Source of the DNA: Bythopirellula sp.
GTDB lineage: Bacteria; Planctomycetota; Planctomycetia; Pirellulales; Lacipirellulaceae
Length of the DNA stretch: 64,000 bases
NCBI GenBank assembly: GCA_965216565.1
Contig: OZ244170.1
Coordinates: 800,001 to 864,000, forward strand
Direction of reading: 5' to 3'
Shown: positions 39,252 to 51,100 of the stretch, one piece after another
How the letters are laid out: the number at the start of each line of letters is the position of its first letter
Numbering within the stretch: position 1 is the first letter of the stretch
Position numbers and translations under genes: made by a program
The notes under the pieces: generated by a model
Database searches by the model: none
Seen by the model: the letters and a program-made list of their open reading frames with translations, nothing else
What the model was told of the DNA's origin: nothing

Positions 39252-40253
39252 GTGCGAAACCAATGCCTAGCAACATGGATGTTGATAGCCGCTTCGGCCG
39301 GTTGTGCCATGCCAAATTTTCCTGGCATGTCGCCCCGCATGGCACAACAAGCCCCGCCCCAGCAACAATTGGCTGCGCGACCTGCACCTCAGGGTCCTAG
39401 CTTCACACAAAAAATCACCGGCATGATTCCGGGAATGCCGAGCCCTGGGGCGAAGCCTTCGTACGATGAGAAGGTGAACTCCAAGACCGATCCCATCGCT
39501 TTGGGCTATCCGCAAAGTCCTCCGACGGCAGAGCTTTATTTGTCGATGGCAGAGTTGAGCGATCAACGGGGCAACACCGATCACGCTCGCACCATGTACC
39601 AGCGTGCTCTCTCCATGCAGCCAAACAATCTCGATGCTCTGTTGGGGTTGGCCCGGATGGAAGACCGTGACGATCGTTTCGAGGTTGCAGTAAACGTCTA
39701 TCAACAGGCGATGAGAATGCACCCACAGAACGCCAAGGTCCTCAACGATTTGGCCCTGTGCCATGCTCGCAAGGGCCAGATGGAGCCTGCCTTTCAATTG
39801 CTCGATCGGGCGACTCGATTGGAACCCGGCAAAGCACGTTACCGCAACAACATTGCCAAAGTGCTGATTGAGATGAACCGTGTGGACGAAGCCGTCTCGC
39901 ATCTTGCCGCCGCCCATCCTCCGGCAATTGCCCAGTACAATATGGGCGTGCTGCTGGCAGAGCGGGGACGCAAAGACGAAGCGATTGGTTTTCTGACCGC
40001 TGCCACGCATATCGACTCGCAATTGCAACCAGCTAGCGCAATGCTTGCTCAGTTGCAAGGCTCCGCAACGCAAGTTGCCAAGGACGATGGGATTCTACCA
40101 ACTCCGATGGCAGCCCCGGTTGCCGCCATGGGAGGCGGAGGCTATCCCTCGACGGGCATGACTTCGCAACGGCCTCTGCCGATGAGTTTCCCAGCAGAAA
40201 CGGCTCAGGTGCCGGTGGGTAATTCGCCGTTGACATTGCCACCTGTACGCTAG
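39252..40253 (+). CDS. TPR lipoprotein (possible TadD/CpaO-like pilotin)
   Basis: Lipobox ASAG|C; several TPR repeats; adjacent to the tad genes. Confidence 0.75.
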   Translation: MRNQCLATWMLIAASAGCAMPNFPGMSPRMAQQAPPQQQLAARPAPQGPSFTQKITGMIPGMPSPGAKPSYDEKVNSKTDPIALGYPQSPPTAELYLSMAELSDQRGNTDHARTMYQRALSMQPNNLDALLGLARMEDRDDRFEVAVNVYQQAMRMHPQNAKVLNDLALCHARKGQMEPAFQLLDRATRLEPGKARYRNNIAKVLIEMNRVDEAVSHLAAAHPPAIAQYNMGVLLAERGRKDEAIGFLTAATHIDSQLQPASAMLAQLQGSATQVAKDDGILPTPMAAPVAAMGGGGYPSTGMTSQRPLPMSFPAETAQVPVGNSPLTLPPVR

Positions 40254-40286
40254 TGCGGTTGCGATCGTGTTGGCGTTCCAGGCAAG

Positions 40287-41171
40287 CTAAGCCTGTTTGC
40301 GCTGGGCAACCCGAAGCTTGGCGCTTCGCGCTCTAGGATTGGCAGCGCACTCATCATCACTGGGTCGCAGCGGTTTTCTGGTAAGCACTTCCAGTCGCTC
40401 GTCCTCTTTGAAGGCGTGTTTAACGAGGCGGTCTTCTAACGAATGAAAGCTGATAATAGCCAGCCGACCGCCGTCGGCGAGGAAGTCAGGGAATCCCGCC
40501 AGTGCTTTTTCCAGCGATTCTAGTTCACGGTTCACAGCAATCCGCAGGGCCTGGAACGTTCGCGTTGCCGGGTCGATCCGGTGGCCTCGACTTCTGGGGA
40601 CGCAGGAGCGAACGATCGCGGCCAATTGATCGGCTGTTCGGATGGGCGCTTGCTTTCGCGCTTCGATGATCCGCCGAGCAATACGTCGGCTATGCCGTTC
40701 TTCGCCGTAGTTGTAGATGAGATCGGCCAAATGCCGTTCGTTGATATAGCTCAAGACTTCCCAAGCCGGTTCCCCTTCGGTGGGATCAAATCGTAGATCC
40801 AACTCTCCCTCGGTCTGGAATCCAAAGCCACGCTCATCGTCTGCTAGTTGATCGCTGGAGAGACCCAGATCGAGCAAAATGCCATTGACCTTAGGGATTT
40901 CAACCTCGGCAAGTAGGGCAGGGAGGTCTGCGAAATTGGCTTGAGCCAGCGTAATCGGCAACTCACCGACGAGTGGCTGGACGCGATCGAGAGCCGCGGA
41001 GTCGAGATCCATCGAGAGGATGCGTCCGTCAGGCACAACCTCCTTGGCCAAGGCAAGCGTGTGCCCACCCCCGCCCATTGTGCCATCGACGATGGTATCG
41101 CCCGGCGTAGGTTGTAGGCAATCTATGACTTCCTCGAGCATGACAGGCACGTGGCAGGTGGGGTTTGGCAT
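40287..41171 (-). CDS. rsmH: 16S rRNA m4C1402 methyltransferase RsmH
   Basis: HVPVMLEE, DGTMGGGGH, DLGLSSDQL, ATRTFQALRIAVN, ISFHSLEDR, NPRARSAKLR. Confidence 0.96.
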   Translation of the reverse strand: MPNPTCHVPVMLEEVIDCLQPTPGDTIVDGTMGGGGHTLALAKEVVPDGRILSMDLDSAALDRVQPLVGELPITLAQANFADLPALLAEVEIPKVNGILLDLGLSSDQLADDERGFGFQTEGELDLRFDPTEGEPAWEVLSYINERHLADLIYNYGEERHSRRIARRIIEARKQAPIRTADQLAAIVRSCVPRSRGHRIDPATRTFQALRIAVNRELESLEKALAGFPDFLADGGRLAIISFHSLEDRLVKHAFKEDERLEVLTRKPLRPSDDECAANPRARSAKLRVAQRKQA

Positions 41172-41250
41172 TCTTTCGATTGTCTACTACCGCTTGGCAT
41201 TTTCAAATAGCCGATAGCCAATTCGGACGTTCATTGGTACGGTTGTTCCC

Positions 41251-42309
41251 ATGGAAGCCTGGATCGATTACGAACTGCCCGCCGAACTCGTTGCTCAAGA
41301 ACCGCTGCAGAATCGTGCAGATGCGCGTTTGATGCTGATTGATCGTGAGCAAAACGCGATCGATCACTACCACATCCGCGACTTGCCCCGCTTGTTGAAG
41401 CCCAGTGATCGCCTGGTCCTCAACGACACCAAAGTGATCCCCGCGCAATTGCGAGGATTGCGTATGGCCACTGGGGGACGCTGGCAGGGGTTGTATCTGG
41501 GAATGCTTGACGGAGGCGATTGGCGGATCGTCTGCAAAACCCGGGGCAAGCTCCAGCCGATGGACAAGATCCAGCTTCTCGATCGCGAAGGGAAGCCGAA
41601 CATGGTTCTGTGGCTGCTAGAGAAGCTGCCCGAGGGTCAGTGGCGGGCTCATCCAGAGAGCGAGGAAGACGCCCTGGCTATCTTGCAGCAACTTGGGCGA
41701 GTGCCGCTGCCGCCCTATATCCGCGGGGGGAATATGGTCGACTCCGATTCGGTCGACTATCAAACCGTCTTCGCACGCCATCCGGGGGCCGTGGCGGCCC
41801 CGACTGCCGGTTTACACTTCACCGAGCGGTTGCTGGAGGCGATTAGTCAGGGGGGTGTGGAATTCAGCTCGGTGACGTTGCACGTAGGCATGGGGACGTT
41901 TCGTCCGATTTCAGCGGACAATCCAGAAGATCATCCGATGCACAGCGAATGGGCAGATCTTACCCAGGTGGCTGTGGATGAAATCTTGGCAACCCGCAAC
42001 GGGGGAGGGCGGAACATTGCCGTGGGGACAACGGTGACTCGTGTGCTGGAGTCCGTCGCAGCCCACCAAGCTGCGGAAGGAGGTGCTCCGCTGGCAACCT
42101 GGCAGGGCGAGACAAATCTGTTCATTCGCCCCCCCTACGAATTCAGAGCGATCGACGGACTCCTCACAAACTTTCACTTCCCACGGACGACCTTGTTGCT
42201 GCTGGTTCAGGCCTTTGGTGGTACAGAACTCATTCGCAAGGCATACGAGACGGCAATCGAGGAGCAATATCGATTCTACAGCTATGGCGATGCAATGCTG
42301 ATCGTCTGA
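41251..42309 (+). CDS. queA: S-adenosylmethionine:tRNA ribosyltransferase-isomerase
   Basis: DYELP..LVAQEP, NDTKVIPA, PLPPYI, GAVAAPTAGLHF, TNFH, YRFYSYGDAM. Confidence 0.96.
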   Translation: MEAWIDYELPAELVAQEPLQNRADARLMLIDREQNAIDHYHIRDLPRLLKPSDRLVLNDTKVIPAQLRGLRMATGGRWQGLYLGMLDGGDWRIVCKTRGKLQPMDKIQLLDREGKPNMVLWLLEKLPEGQWRAHPESEEDALAILQQLGRVPLPPYIRGGNMVDSDSVDYQTVFARHPGAVAAPTAGLHFTERLLEAISQGGVEFSSVTLHVGMGTFRPISADNPEDHPMHSEWADLTQVAVDEILATRNGGGRNIAVGTTVTRVLESVAAHQAAEGGAPLATWQGETNLFIRPPYEFRAIDGLLTNFHFPRTTLLLLVQAFGGTELIRKAYETAIEEQYRFYSYGDAMLIV

Positions 42310-42320
42310 GAAATCGAGCC

Positions 42321-42500
42321 TTAGGAGCCGAGAACACCGTTTAGTTGTGCTGCCGAGTTGTCGAAGCTGGCACCGGTTTGGGTCGACAGCAGTGCGACGC
42401 CGCCTAAACAGATCACGGTAATCATCGCGAGCATCACGGCATACTCAACGGCAGTGGGACCATCTTCCTCGATTGCTAAACGTCGTACAAAATCCATCAT
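42321..42500 (-). CDS. flp: Second Flp family pilin
   Basis: MMDFVRRLAIEEDGPTAVEYAVMLAMITVICLGGV... Confidence 0.9.
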   Translation of the reverse strand: MMDFVRRLAIEEDGPTAVEYAVMLAMITVICLGGVALLSTQTGASFDNSAAQLNGVLGS

Positions 42501-42693
42501 GATTGCACCAGCAGAAAAGTTATAAGCCCTGTGTCCTTGGGCGAAATTTGGGTAGGCACTAAAGCCTAGCTTTTCTACGGCAAAAAGCCGACTGCGCAGG
42601 CCAAACCGCGTAATGTTTCTGCACATTTGTGCCGCTAGTCTTCGCCCCGTGGCGATCGTAACGGTTAGAGGGGCACCCGCGGTAGAGGCTGGG

Positions 42694-43026
42694 CTAGGCT
42701 TGGAACGAGCTACCGCAACCGCAGCTCTTCACTGCATTGGGATTGTCGAAAGTGAAGCCGCGCTTTTCGATGCCGTCGAAGAAATCGACAGTCGTCCCAT
42801 CCAGATAGAGGGCACTTTTCTTGTCGACCACGACGGGAATTCCGTGGAATTCGAACTTCGCATCGACTTTGTCGTCGAATTTCTTGTCGAAACCTAGAGC
42901 ATAGCTAAAACCACTGCAGCCACCGCCGGTCACGCCCACGCGAAGCACCGTGCCCTCTTCGAGCTTCTGGTCTTCGATAATTCGCTTGACTTCTTTCGCG
43001 GCATTCTCTGTAAGTACGATGCTCAT
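42694..43026 (-). CDS. iscA: Fe-S cluster assembly accessory protein (IscA/HesB family)
   Basis: [25 protein letters not shown]. Confidence 0.93.
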   Translation of the reverse strand: MSIVLTENAAKEVKRIIEDQKLEEGTVLRVGVTGGGCSGFSYALGFDKKFDDKVDAKFEFHGIPVVVDKKSALYLDGTTVDFFDGIEKRGFTFDNPNAVKSCGCGSSFQA

Positions 43027-43159
43027 GTCTGGTTCCTAAACCCTTTTTGCAATGTTCGAACTATGTGGCGGGGCAGTCTTGTGGCGGATGCACAAGGTCG
43101 CTGCCCGTCTACTGTAAATTATAGCAAATTCTGGACGAGGGAAAGTGGAACTTGAAGTG

Positions 43160-44374
43160 CTATTTTCCGCTGAATTCCCGCAAAGTGGACACGGCCTGGA
43201 CCACCATTTGGGTGGCGGACGTCGTTTCCTCGGCTGTATTGAACCTCCCCAGCCCGAATCGCAGGCTGCTACGGGCGAGGTCTTCGCTCATTCCCAGGGC
43301 TAGCAATACGTGGCTTGGACCCGGGTCACTTGAGGCGCAAGTGGCCCCCGTGCTAATCGCCAGACTATCCATAGACATCAGCAATGCTTCGCCATCGACA
43401 TCGCCAAACGCAAGATTTAGGTTGCCGGGCAGACGCAGTGGATTGCCACCTGCTTTGCTTGCCTCGTCGGTTGCATCCAGCGCTGGTCCGCATATTTGCA
43501 GCCCTTCGATTTGTTCGTTGAGCCGCTGCCAGAGGTCGTCGCGTAAGTGTGCGAGCCGACGCGATTCGTCTTCCAGTTCCTCGGCGCACAGCTCGAGAGC
43601 TTTGGCAAATCCTACGATGCCGGGGACATTGAGTGTGCCGCTGCGGCGACCCTCTTGCTGTCCGCCACCAGTGATCTGTGCCTGCAATCGAACGATTGGG
43701 TCGCGTCGCCGCACATACAGGGCACCGACACCTTTGGGCCCATAGATTTTGTGGGAAGTAAAACTCATCAGGTCGACACCCAGGTCGCCCACGTCGACGG
43801 GCAACTTGCCAACCGCCTGAGTCGCATCGCAGTGCAGGAGCACCCCACACTCGTGGCACAAATTGGCTATTTCCTGCAGCGGCTGAACCACACCGATCTC
43901 GTTGTTGGCCAGCATCACGCTCACCAGCGAAGTGTTGTCGCGCAAGTTGTCAGCCACCTGCTGCGGATCGAGCCAACCTGCGCGGGGACTTTCGTATTGC
44001 TCAACTTCCAGCAGCGAAATGTCGTTGCCCGCCTTGGCTAGGCGTTGGAAAGGATCGAGCACCGCGGCATGCTCGGTCCGCACGGTGACGAAGTGCTGCG
44101 TGGCTCCTTTGTTTCTTTTCGCCTTTTGCTCGGCAACGCCATGGATCGCCAGATTGTTGCTCTCTGTGGCTCCACTGGTGAACACAATCTCGCGCGCGTC
44201 AGCACCAACATTGGCCGCTATGCTGGTGCGCGACTCTTCCACCGCTTCCTCTGCCTGTTGGCCCAGGCTATGGACACTACCCGCATTGCCGAACTCTTCG
44301 GAGAAGTATGGCAACATCGCAGCTACCACCCGCGGATCGACCCGCGTGGTGGAGTGGTTATCCATGTAGATCAT
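43160..44374 (-). CDS. iscS: Cysteine desulfurase
   Basis: IYMDNHSTT, FTSGATESNN, NNEIG, SHKIYGPKG, RSGTLN, STGATCAS. Confidence 0.93.
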   Translation of the reverse strand: MIYMDNHSTTRVDPRVVAAMLPYFSEEFGNAGSVHSLGQQAEEAVEESRTSIAANVGADAREIVFTSGATESNNLAIHGVAEQKAKRNKGATQHFVTVRTEHAAVLDPFQRLAKAGNDISLLEVEQYESPRAGWLDPQQVADNLRDNTSLVSVMLANNEIGVVQPLQEIANLCHECGVLLHCDATQAVGKLPVDVGDLGVDLMSFTSHKIYGPKGVGALYVRRRDPIVRLQAQITGGGQQEGRRSGTLNVPGIVGFAKALELCAEELEDESRRLAHLRDDLWQRLNEQIEGLQICGPALDATDEASKAGGNPLRLPGNLNLAFGDVDGEALLMSMDSLAISTGATCASSDPGPSHVLLALGMSEDLARSSLRFGLGRFNTAEETTSATQMVVQAVSTLREFSGK

Positions 44375-44382
44375 ACGGAGGA

Positions 44383-44410
44383 GCTAGGGGCTAGGAGTTG
44401 GTGGCTAGGG
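44383..44410. repeat. 7-nt-periodic repeat GCTAGGGGCTAGGAGTT..CTAGGG (copy 1)
   Basis: 17-mer identical to 45081-45097. Confidence 0.65.
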
Positions 44411-44447
44411 GCATATGACTCCAGCCTACTGCCTCCCGCCTACCGTC

Positions 44448-45068
44448 TCAAGCGAACAGCGCTGGCACCACGATTTGCGACCACGACTCGTAGCGGTCGA
44501 TTTCAGCGAGGATGTCTGTGATGGGCATGAACCCGGCGTCGAGAATGTCTTCTTCCCGGGGTTTGACCTGCTCGGTTTCTAAATCGAATAGATGCACGAC
44601 ACCCAGGTGGACTTTTCCGACAGGTGTTTCGTCGTCGTTAATCAGACCAACACACTTTTCTGTAAACGGCGAGTCGAGCTGGACTTCCTCGCCCAGTTCC
44701 CGTTGCATGCCGACGCGATAGATGTCGTGTACGGTGCCCGCGGTCGAGTCTTCCGTCGAAATATGCCCACCGATGCCGACGCTTTTTTTGGCGTGTAGCC
44801 GTTGCTCGCCCATGCCACCTCCGCGTGTGTACTGAAACAGTCGCTCGACGCCATTGGCATCGATATGGCGGAAGAGCATGTAGGGGATCAATTGCTTGAA
44901 GCTCGGATCCTCCTCCATTTCGCTCCGCGGCCGATAGCTGAGGTTCTCACTCTCTAGCAGCGCCGGCAGATAGGTATCCAACTCCGCAGAGAATCCTTGA
45001 AAGTGGCCCAGCGCATGAAACTCACTGGTGGGCAAAACTAATACGCGTTCCTCGGCTACAGTAGACAT
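44448..45068 (-). CDS. NUDIX-like phosphoesterase
   Basis: EEDPSFKQLIPY, EQRLH...SVGIGGHI, RELGEEV, GLINDD..VGKVHLG. Confidence 0.85.
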   Translation of the reverse strand: MSTVAEERVLVLPTSEFHALGHFQGFSAELDTYLPALLESENLSYRPRSEMEEDPSFKQLIPYMLFRHIDANGVERLFQYTRGGGMGEQRLHAKKSVGIGGHISTEDSTAGTVHDIYRVGMQRELGEEVQLDSPFTEKCVGLINDDETPVGKVHLGVVHLFDLETEQVKPREEDILDAGFMPITDILAEIDRYESWSQIVVPALFA

Positions 45069-45080
45069 CGTGTCTGGGGG

Positions 45081-45108
45081 GCTAGGGGCTAGGAGTTAGA
45101 GACTAGGG
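45081..45108. repeat. 7-nt-periodic repeat (copy 2)
   Basis: GCTAGGGGCTAGGAGTTAGAGACTAGGG. Confidence 0.65.
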
Positions 45109-45192
45109 ATCAGGCACAGCCGCGTTGCCACGCAACGCAAGGCATAGCTTAACAAACGCTACCGACGTGCGGCAGGGGGCAACGAAATTAGC

Positions 45193-48100
45193 CTACTCCA
45201 CAATCTCCACCTTCAGCCCATCTGAGTTCGCACGTAGTTCGGGGGCATACATCGCCGAGGCGCGGGTGGGTAGGGCGCTGAAGCGGCCGGGGATTTCGGC
45301 GCGAAGCCGGTAGCTGACGCTGTGCTTGCCGCGGGCCAGGCGGGCCACGAGCAGGCTCACCCGATCGTCGCGCAATTCCATGTAGGCACCCAGTTCGTTT
45401 CCGTTGTAACCGCTGCGGATGGCGACCGGTTCGAAGCCGGCGGCCTTCATGTCTTCCAGCAGTATGTACTCGTAGTCGTTCTTGCTATCGACTTCTAATT
45501 CCACTTCGACCATGTCGCCACTTTCGACGTCGGCATGGTTGACGATTTCGGTGCGCGAGAATTTTTCGACCTTTTGGCTGACCACCTGGCCGTGGCCACC
45601 GGCGATCTCAGTTTCGGCATCAACCGGCGTGAGCTTATAGTATTTGCGAGCGACTTTCAGCTCCAAGCCGGCGGCGGTAATATCGTCTTCGAGTGTGAAG
45701 TTGGTGAGGTAGCCGTTGTAGTAGATCGGTGACGCGCCTGTCTTGCGAATCTCGACGGTATGGCGTCCGGAAGCAAGTTCATCGCCGGAGAGCACAAGTT
45801 TATTGTCGAACGTGAATAGGTTCTCCTTGGTGATTTCAACTTGTTTGCGTTGCTGACCATCGATCCACACTTCCAGCTTGACGTTCGGATCGTCCTCGCC
45901 GGTAGCTTGCAAGTAGTCAGCAAAGGCTTCGATTACCAGGGCCGTATCGCGCGTGCTTTGCCAGTAGGTGCCATGCTTGCGATTGTTCAGCAGATACTTC
46001 ACCAGTCGAGGGGCGAGTTCGCTATCGGGATCGGTGGCGACGAGCAATTTGAGATAATAAGACATTGCTTCGTTGTCGCTGCCGTACCAATACCACCAAT
46101 AACCACCGGGTAGTTCGAGCCAGGCGGTTTGGTTTTCGTCGTCTTCCTTCACGTATTGACGCAAATTGCGGAGGACCATTTGTAGCTTGTCTGTTTCCTG
46201 CTGCAGATGCAGTGCCATGCCGTAGGTGGCCAGACTGTAGACGGCCAGCTTCGTACGCGAGCGATAGAGGTGTTCGGTCATCTGTTGGTGGGCTTCGGTC
46301 GCATTGGGCGTCGATTCAATTTGCGACGCTTCGCTGACGACCATATGTACCAAGGCATCGAGATTATCCGCATGCTGTTTGGCATCTTCGCGCTCGCCCT
46401 GTTGCCAGCGATCGAGGCGTCGTACTTGGTCGGCTTGATAGCGCTCCAGCCATTGGACGCCACGCTCGAGTACGCCGGGAACCAAGGCGACTTCATTTTC
46501 CTTGGCTTTAATGAGTCCGTGAACGACGACGGCCGTGGTGTGGGGGTAACTCCGTTCGCCCCAACCGCTGAACCAGCCCCAACCTCCGTCGGAAAGCTGC
46601 ATGGAGGTAAGCTTCGTGACGCCTTTGGCTACCATGGCTTCCATTTCCGCATCGTCGAAGACGGGGTTGCGGTCGAAACGCTTCCAGCCTTGGGCCCGCT
46701 GGATGTCGTCGCCAATTTCTTGGGCGTTGAGGTTGGTTCGTTTCTGCGAGATCGCGGCCAGATCGAGATCCATCCGTCGCAGTGTCTGTTGCGTAATAAC
46801 CGCGGGCAAAAATCGATTTAGCGTTTGCTCAGTACATCCGTAGGGATAATCGAGTAGGTAGGGCAGGGCGTCGACCATCGCGCCAGCAAGCGTTGGTGTA
46901 TAGCGAACTTCCAACCGCGTTTGTTCGGCGCGTCGCTCAGCAGGCACCGAGATGGTGAATTGGCCGTTCTCTTGTGTGGGACGAATGACGCCCGTGTACG
47001 ATTCGGTTTTCAGCATGCCGTGGACGTGGACGGGAAACTCCATCGCCATGGCGTCGGATTCTTCGTCGGTGAGCGCGCTCATGGTAATTTTGGCGGTGCC
47101 CTCTCCTGTGGCACGTACGCGCCAGTCGATACGAGCTTCCCCATCGGCATCGATCGTGACTGTCTGCTCGAGTGCGCCGTTGCCATCCGCGTCTATCAAC
47201 TCCAAGCAATCACCATCCAGCGCAAGGATGACACGAACCTGTTTTTTCTCAGACAAATAGTTGTGGACGTTTGCGGAAAGGACGACCTCGTCGCGCTCCA
47301 CAAAGAATCGCGGTGCTTGGAGACGAATAATGAGATTCTTGCGAGTGACGATCTCTGCCGAGCCTTCGCCCACGCGCGTGCCATGGCCAACGCCCCAGGC
47401 GCGGACTTTCCAAGTGGTGAGATTCTGCGGCATGTCGAGTTCGACCTCGGCCAAGCCTTCCTCATTGGTTTTTAAGCTTCCAACCCAGAGGGCGGTATCG
47501 GCGAAGTTTTCGCGTACGGTCGGTTCAAGGAGTTCTGTGGCAGGCTCATTGGCGTCACGTTCTTCCTCACTAGAGCCATCGGCGAAGCCTTCTTTCATTT
47601 CTTGTCCACGGACTTGATCGGCTGCCATAGGGGCAGCGAGTGACTTTGCTACTCCTCCACCAAGACCTCCTCGACCGCGATCCATTCTGAATCGTTGCCC
47701 GCTGGAGGAAGACTCTCGATTAGCGACAAGGTCGAGCTCGTCCGCGACCGTTTCACCAAAGACTCCGAGGTTTTGCATGTAAGGCGCGTTCGGTTTCACT
47801 AGAAGTCCAGAGTGTCGTTCCAGGTTGTTCTCTCCTTGAGGGCGATGGTCGCGTCGCCACTTCCAGAAGAACTCGCGAATATCCGCCACATTGGTGCCAC
47901 CCGATATGTACTCGAGGGCTTTGTCGTAGATGGACACCGCTAGTGATCCGATAAAGGGCAGGCCTTGCTGGTCGGTAACCTTCAGTGTCAGCTTCGCCTG
48001 TTGATCGGGAAGGTAGGAATCCGCCGACGGGACTACCTCTAGATTTAAGATGCGCTCAACGGGCGGAACAAAGATCTCCCTGGCGACCGTGTGAACACTA

Positions 48101-51100
48101 CCACTGTGGACGGTGATCGCTTCGACAAAGAAATTGGGGGTATCCTTTTGCGTAACGTCGACCTCGATTTCGGTGCTTTTTCCGTCGAGCTGAACGAGTT
48201 GCGGTTTAAGGTAGACGCCGTTGGACGGACGCAGAAATAACAAAACTGCTGCACCAGTGCGGTTGGTATTGATGCGTAACGCGACCTTGTCGCCCGGCTT
48301 GTAATCGCGGCGATCGGGGATGATTTCTAAATCGTTGAAGCGAAATTCAGAACCGTCAAAGCCTTCGCCGGCGATGGTCACGACTTGGGCGCCTTCCACT
48401 TCGTTGCCAGCTTCGTCGGTAAGCTGGTAAACGAGCCGATACTGGCCCGCTTCGGAGGCTTTGATCTGGAGCGATGCTTGCCCAGTTTGTCCAAGGGCGA
48501 GTTCCCAGCTTCCTGTTTCTGTTTCGACGGGTGTTCCGTCTTCGTAGCGAATTTTCAGCAGCCGCATTGTGCCATTGCCGGTGACGGGTTTGCCATCGAG
48601 AGTGCGTGCGGCGGCGCCGATTTCCATGGTATCGCCCACTCGATAGTGTCCCCGATGCGGCCAAACGAAGACTTTGAACGGCTGGCGGGACACCAGCACG
48701 CGTCCGCTGCCAACAATCGTGCGGCGCGAAGCATCGACCACTTCCGCCTGAATCTGATAACTGTGATCTTGGTTGGGATGAAGCTCTGCCGCGAGTGAGG
48801 TATCGATTTCTACTTCCACGGTGCCATCCGCGCCGATGGGTACCTCCTGTTCGGCAATCACTTCAGGAGGGGTGGGGGATCTCCAGAACCAGGGTGGACT
48901 TGGAGCGAAACATCCCCACCGGGTCCAGCCGGGATACCAAGGGTAGTCGTAACTGAACCACCAGTAGCCCGGGCCATAGAGCCAGTCCCAGGGCATCGGT
49001 GGATACCAATTGTCTGTATAAGCGGTGCGGAGGACTTTGTATTTGACGGTCGCTTCGGTCACCGGCGAACCGAAGTAATAGCGGGCATTGATCTTGGCGG
49101 TGATTGTGTCGCCCAGGGTCAAGGGCTCTTCGGGAGCATCGATCGTTACTTCGAATTCAGGCTTCTTGTATTCTTCAACGCGGAACGACCCGCCGCCGTG
49201 ATTCACGACATGAATACGGTATTGCCCTAACGTAGCACCGGCGGGAACCTGCCAACTTCCTTCCAAACCGCCGTAGGCATCGGACGTGAGTTGTGTGCTA
49301 TATACCTTTTCGTTCTTCGGGTCGCGGATTTCGACCTGAAACGTTTGAGCCGCAAAACGTGATTCATCTTTGAGATCGTATTGGGCATGCCGGACCCAGA
49401 ACTTGAACTGCATTTTTTGTTCGGGCCGATATACGGGGCGGTCGGTGACCGTGAAGACCTTGACCTGTTGGTACTGTTGGTCGTAGTAATCGTTGTCCCA
49501 GACGCTACGAAATCCCAAATAGGAAAAGCGTCCTGCGGGAGTCGTCGCCACGGCGACCCAAGAGTAGCGCTGATTGTCGTCCGGAGGCAACTCGACAAGT
49601 CCCGCAGAGTCGGTGAACTTGGCAAAGTCCTTGGTATGCATTTTGAATTGGTTATCGCCTAGGTGCTCATTGGAGTAGCCAAAAAACTCGACGTTGCACT
49701 TCGAGATTGGCTTGCCTGTGACGGCGTCGGCGACATAGTACAGCGACTTGCCGACCAAGGGTTTCCTGACAATTGCCGTATCGCTGATCCAAATGACAAT
49801 GCTGGTGCTATTTCCATCGGCCATTTTGGAAGTTAGGAGATAGGCCCCAGGCTCTTGCAAAGGCGTGGTCACTGTCGTGCGGCGATCGAAGTGCCCTTCG
49901 CGGGGCTGCAGATCGAGATTCCATTTGGCGACTTGCTTGCCGACGTACTTGTCTTCGCCCTGAGTGACAAGCCGATGCCCCAGCTGTTCGATCTGAAGTT
50001 TCTCCCAGCCAATTCGCTTCCCATCGAAGTCTTTTAGAAGTTGTTTGACGTCGGTCAATAGATCGCGCACCTTCACGCGATGGGCCGTGAAGGTAACTCG
50101 CTTGCCGTTGCGATAGCGGAAGTCGACCGTCGCACCTTTGCCAGCAGGCTGGGTCATGACGGATTCAAAACGTCCCCAGTTTTTCACGATCTGGTCACGT
50201 TGGAGTTTTGCATGAGGCGCGTTTAAGTTCTTGTCGATGGCTTGCTGCCAATACTCGGCGGCACGCGGGAATTGCCGGCGATCGGTAAACAATCCCGCCA
50301 AGCTGTGTACTGCTGGACTCAAATAAGGAGTAGATGAATCTGCATCGGCTGTGGCGATTTGTTGAAGGAGCTTGATGTGGTTGTGGCTATCAGGCAGTTC
50401 AAATCGCTTGATACCTGTGGCCAATCGCGCAATAGTTTCGTTTTCCGAAAGCGTGTGCAAGGCAAACGTGCCAGTCTCTGCGTTGCCATCGTTAGGTGTA
50501 GGTTGGCCAAACCACCTGCCGTAACGTGCCAGGGTGCCCACTCCAAATTGTGATTTGAGAAACTGGGCACGCAGCGTCAGTACTTCGTTCTTGCGCTGTG
50601 GTTGCCACCCGACGAGTTTGGCTAGCAGCCAACGCCAGCGCTCGCCATCATTGGTCGCTTCTTGCCAGGAGTTGGGTTCATCGTAGAAGACAGGTTGGCC
50701 GTCCGCATTGACCGGAGCACCTTGGGTGCCGCCGTGAAACATGTTCCAACCATCGTCGTAGTCGGGCAATTCTTCGAGATCTGTAAGCGACTGCAATCTC
50801 CACGATTGGGTATGGTTATGGTGGTAGTTCATTGTGCGGGCGAACCCACGGAGCATGTCGGCCGCTGCTGATTGCGATTGTTCTTCAGTTAATTTATCTA
50901 ATAGCTGCAGTGCCCGGCTGAATAACTGCAATGACCTGACACGGTCCCGGGCTTCGGCATTTATCACTTTCCCCCCGCCGCGGTGATTGCCACGATGGAA
51001 TTCGCCAGCCACCCGGTAGCCCCAGTGTTGCCGCGTGGAATAGCTCTCCGCGATGGCTGAGAGCATTCGCCAATCGTCTGCAAAATCTTTGGTCAGTGGC

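Noticed and set aside
40287..41171. rsmH outside a dcw cluster
   Set aside because: Expected in planctomycetes, whose dcw cluster is reduced or dispersed; not novel.
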